NCBI GenBank assembly: GCA_035309205.1
Contig: DATGFI010000637.1
Location: forward strand, 1 to 27,234
DNA: 27,234 nucleotides
From: Planctomycetota bacterium
GTDB taxonomy: Bacteria > Planctomycetota > MHYJ01 > JACPRB01
Direction: 5' to 3'
The position numbers and the translations under genes are program-made. Positions 24,305-27,234 of the stretch are shown piece by piece. Position 1 is the stretch's first letter; each line of letters begins with the position of its first letter. Below the pieces are notes generated by a model. It saw only the letters and a list, made by a program, of their open reading frames with translations. It made no database searches and was not told the DNA's origin.

Positions 24305-25006
24305 ATGAGATACTCGCTGATCCTCCTCCCTTTCCTGGCCTCGGGCCTCGCCGCCCAGGACGATATCTGGAAAACCCTCACCAAAGGGGACCGGGTGGCC
24401 GTGACGTTCCGCAGCGGCAACTCGATCCAGGGACAGCTCACCTCCAAGCCCGCCGATCCCCGTCTCCCGGAAGGGACACTGGATGTCTCGCAACTGAGCG
24501 AAATCACCCTCGACGTGAGCCTGGAATATCCCGGTCTTAACGGCACCCTCAGCATTCCCCGCAAGGAGATCAAGGAGATTCGCAAGCTTCAGACCCTGGA
24601 CAAGGCGACCCTGGATCGGATCAACGCCGAAATCGCCCGGATCCGCCAGCAGGCGGCGGCCGATGAAGCCGCGCGCCGGACGGCCGAAACCGAGAGGGAC
24701 GCGGCCACGAAAAAGGCCCGGGCTGACCTCGAGAAGTTCGACAAACACAGCGCGGATGTGAAAAACAAGGGAGCCGCCGCGGTGAAGGATCTCGAGGATC
24801 TTCAAAAGGGACTGGACCTCCTGAAGAAGTTCCCGCCGGGACAGTTCGGGCCCGATACGGCCAAGGCCGTGGCGGACAAGGCTCTCCGCAAGCAGCCCGT
24901 CACCGCCGCCGAGTCGGAATTCCTCGATCCGGAGAACTATCGACTCTGGATGAAAGCTTACGAGTATCAGATGGCCCAGGATAAGGAGAAGAGCGACGGG
25001 AAATAG
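24305..25006 (+). CDS. Secreted hypothetical protein with coiled-coil region
   Basis: Signal peptide MRYSLILLPFLASGLAA-Q, a small beta domain, then a coiled-coil-like stretch (AEIARIRQQAAADEAARR). Confidence 0.72.
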   Translation: MRYSLILLPFLASGLAAQDDIWKTLTKGDRVAVTFRSGNSIQGQLTSKPADPRLPEGTLDVSQLSEITLDVSLEYPGLNGTLSIPRKEIKEIRKLQTLDKATLDRINAEIARIRQQAAADEAARRTAETERDAATKKARADLEKFDKHSADVKNKGAAAVKDLEDLQKGLDLLKKFPPGQFGPDTAKAVADKALRKQPVTAAESEFLDPENYRLWMKAYEYQMAQDKEKSDGK

Positions 25007-25136
25007 CGGCATCCAGCGCCCGGCGGCGGGCTAAAGGACAGGGATCCCGAGCGGATCTTTCTCCCGTACCCCGCCGTCCCCGATCTCAGGCTCATCGGGA
25101 CGGCGTCTGTGCCACCCTCTTCACGTCCCCTGCCGC

Positions 25137-27203
25137 ATGATCTACAAGGGCATTACCCTGGATCCCTTCCAGGAGCAGGCCGTTCACATCATCAACGACC
25201 AGGAGTCGCTGATCGTGGCCGCGCCGACCGGCGCCGGAAAGACGCTGGTCGCTGAGTATGCCATCGAGAAGTGCATGGCCGAGGGCGCCCGCGTTCTTTA
25301 TACCGCCCCGATCAAGGCGCTTTCCAACCAGAAGTTCCGTGACTTCAGCCAGATCTACGGCGACCGCGTCGGCATCAAGACCGGCGACGTCACTCTCAAC
25401 CCCGACGCGCAGGTCATCCTGATGACGACCGAGATCTTTCGCAACACGATCTTCGAGTCGCCGGAGGCTTTCCACGACGTGCGCTATGTCATCTTCGACG
25501 AGATCCACTACCTTGACGACATCGAACGCGGGACGGTCTGGGAGGAGTCGATCATCTTCGCCCCGGAACACATCCGTGTTCTCTGCCTTTCCGCGACGGT
25601 GCCCAACCTCGAACCGCTCTCGCACTGGATCCAGACCATCCGGCCCACGCCGAAGCTGCATGTCATCATCGAGCGAAATCGGCCGGTTCCGCTCAAGCAC
25701 CAGCTGTTCGTCCCGGGGCTGGGCCTGAAGCACTTGAGCGACCTGAAGAAGTACGAGCAGGGAGACATCCGCCAGTACTATCAACGCGTCGATCCGAACG
25801 CGAATCCCAACCGCTGGCGCTCCTGGATGATCGATCATCTCGCGGAGGCGAAGCGGCTGCCCGTCCTGTGGTTCGCATTCAATCGCCGCGAGTGCGAGCA
25901 GTTCGCCTCCCTCGTCCAGCGGCCGCTGCTGGCGTCCGATGAGCGCGCGAAGATCCTGGGATTCTTCGACGAGCTGCTGCGGAAGTTCGACCTCGTCCCG
26001 GACGCAACGACGGAGCACCTTCGACGCCTGCTGGAGAAGGGCGTGGCCTACCACCATGCGGGCCTGCTCCCCACCCTCAAGGAGGTGATCGAAAGGATCT
26101 TCACGACCGGGCTGATCAAGCTCCTGTTCGCGACGGAGACTTTCGCGGTGGGCGTCAACATGCCCGCCCGGACCGTCGTCTTCAATTCGATCTTCAAGTT
26201 CGATGGGAAGCGGCTCGGGCCGATCAAGACCCGGGAACACCACCAGATGTCGGGGCGCGCCGGCCGGCGGGGCATCGACGAGATGGGCTACGTCTACAGC
26301 GTCGTCGAGTGGCCGCACATGCGGGTGTCGGACGTCGAGCGGGTGATCGAGGGAGAGATCGAGCCGATCCGCTCGCAGTTCAACCTGTCGTACGCCACGC
26401 TGCTGACCCTGTGGTCCCACCTGGGGAACAAGATCTATGCGGCGGCGGAGAAGTCGTTCGCGAACTTCGACCCGCGGCGACGCGGGGAGAAGCTCTTCCA
26501 GAGCAAAGTGACCCAGATCCGCAAGCGGCTCTCGCTGCTCAAATCGATGGCCTACATCCGCGACGGGAAGCTGACGCCCAAAGGCGAGTTCGCGCGGCAG
26601 ATCCAAGGCTACGAACTGCAGGTCACCGAGCTGGTCTTCCGCGGCTTCCTGAAGGAGCTGTCCGAAGAAGAGCTCGCGGTGCTCTTCCACGCCATCGTGT
26701 ACGAGGCGAAGAAGGCCGACTGGGCCCGGAAGTACGATCACGGCCGCTTCAAATGGCTGAGGAAGGCGGCGTACGCGATCGTCGACGACATCGGCCGTGC
26801 CGAGGAACGCGCGGAACTGGAGGACCGGACGAAATCCCTCGAATTCAAGCTGGCGGGGGCCGTCAACGCCTGGGCCAAGGGCTGCACCTGGGCCGAGCTC
26901 GAGGCTCACACCGGCGCCTCGGACGGCGACATGGTCCGCTTCTTCCGACTCGCGCTGCAGCTGCTCAAGAATACGATGTACGCCCTGCCGAAGGAGGATC
27001 TGCTTCGGGAGAAGCTGCGCGGGGCGGCGCGGAGAATCAATCGGGATGTCGTGGATGCCGAGCGGCAGCTGCGCATGGGAACTCAGGAAGCTCCCCAGGA
27101 AGCCCCCGCAGCGGGCGAAGCGGCCCCCCCGTCTCCCGCCCCGATGGCGGCCCCGCCGACGCCTCCCCCGGAGCCGGGAATCGACGGCGGCTTTCCTGGC
27201 TAG
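25137..27203 (+). CDS. Ski2/HelY-like DEAD/DEAH-box RNA helicase with DSHCT-like C-terminus
   Basis: APTGAGKT, YTAPIKALSNQK, DEIH, LSAT, HHAG, ATETFAVGVN, QMSGRAGRRG, and C-terminal W..G...GDMVR. Confidence 0.94.
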   Translation: MIYKGITLDPFQEQAVHIINDQESLIVAAPTGAGKTLVAEYAIEKCMAEGARVLYTAPIKALSNQKFRDFSQIYGDRVGIKTGDVTLNPDAQVILMTTEIFRNTIFESPEAFHDVRYVIFDEIHYLDDIERGTVWEESIIFAPEHIRVLCLSATVPNLEPLSHWIQTIRPTPKLHVIIERNRPVPLKHQLFVPGLGLKHLSDLKKYEQGDIRQYYQRVDPNANPNRWRSWMIDHLAEAKRLPVLWFAFNRRECEQFASLVQRPLLASDERAKILGFFDELLRKFDLVPDATTEHLRRLLEKGVAYHHAGLLPTLKEVIERIFTTGLIKLLFATETFAVGVNMPARTVVFNSIFKFDGKRLGPIKTREHHQMSGRAGRRGIDEMGYVYSVVEWPHMRVSDVERVIEGEIEPIRSQFNLSYATLLTLWSHLGNKIYAAAEKSFANFDPRRRGEKLFQSKVTQIRKRLSLLKSMAYIRDGKLTPKGEFARQIQGYELQVTELVFRGFLKELSEEELAVLFHAIVYEAKKADWARKYDHGRFKWLRKAAYAIVDDIGRAEERAELEDRTKSLEFKLAGAVNAWAKGCTWAELEAHTGASDGDMVRFFRLALQLLKNTMYALPKEDLLREKLRGAARRINRDVVDAERQLRMGTQEAPQEAPAAGEAAPPSPAPMAAPPTPPPEPGIDGGFPG

Positions 27204-27234
27204 GAGCGTGTCTGGCTAATCGTTTTTGAAGGCC

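Overview
High-GC bacterial chromosomal segment; the gene style is compatible with a Planctomycetota/PVC-like organism, which is a weak inference. The left 4 kb is a chromosome-partitioning locus. It has a parB gene with no parA beside it, a strong terminator, one isolated perfect parS (2266-2281), and a ~92-bp tandem repeat (about 3180-3833) in which each of seven units carries one parS palindrome. Two long ORF-poor, hairpin-dense tracts flank these sites. The rest is housekeeping and regulatory DNA: cytochrome c'-like/polX/nth, AsmA-like plus a Zn-ribbon protein, a Ser/Thr kinase coupled to an ECF sigma, a SufR-like regulator divergent from Fe-SOD, an LPS-kinase/epimerase/GT4 cluster, a second ECF with a putative anti-sigma, an outer-membrane barrel, an MFS transporter, a LacI-type HTH-PilZ fusion divergent from a Zn-ribbon/SWIB pair, and a Ski2/HelY-like helicase. 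The most unusual items are the periodic parS array and the HTH-PilZ regulator with a candidate operator. No rRNA, tRNA, CRISPR-cas or transposase was recognised. All calls come from reading motifs by eye; no database searches or folding programs were run.
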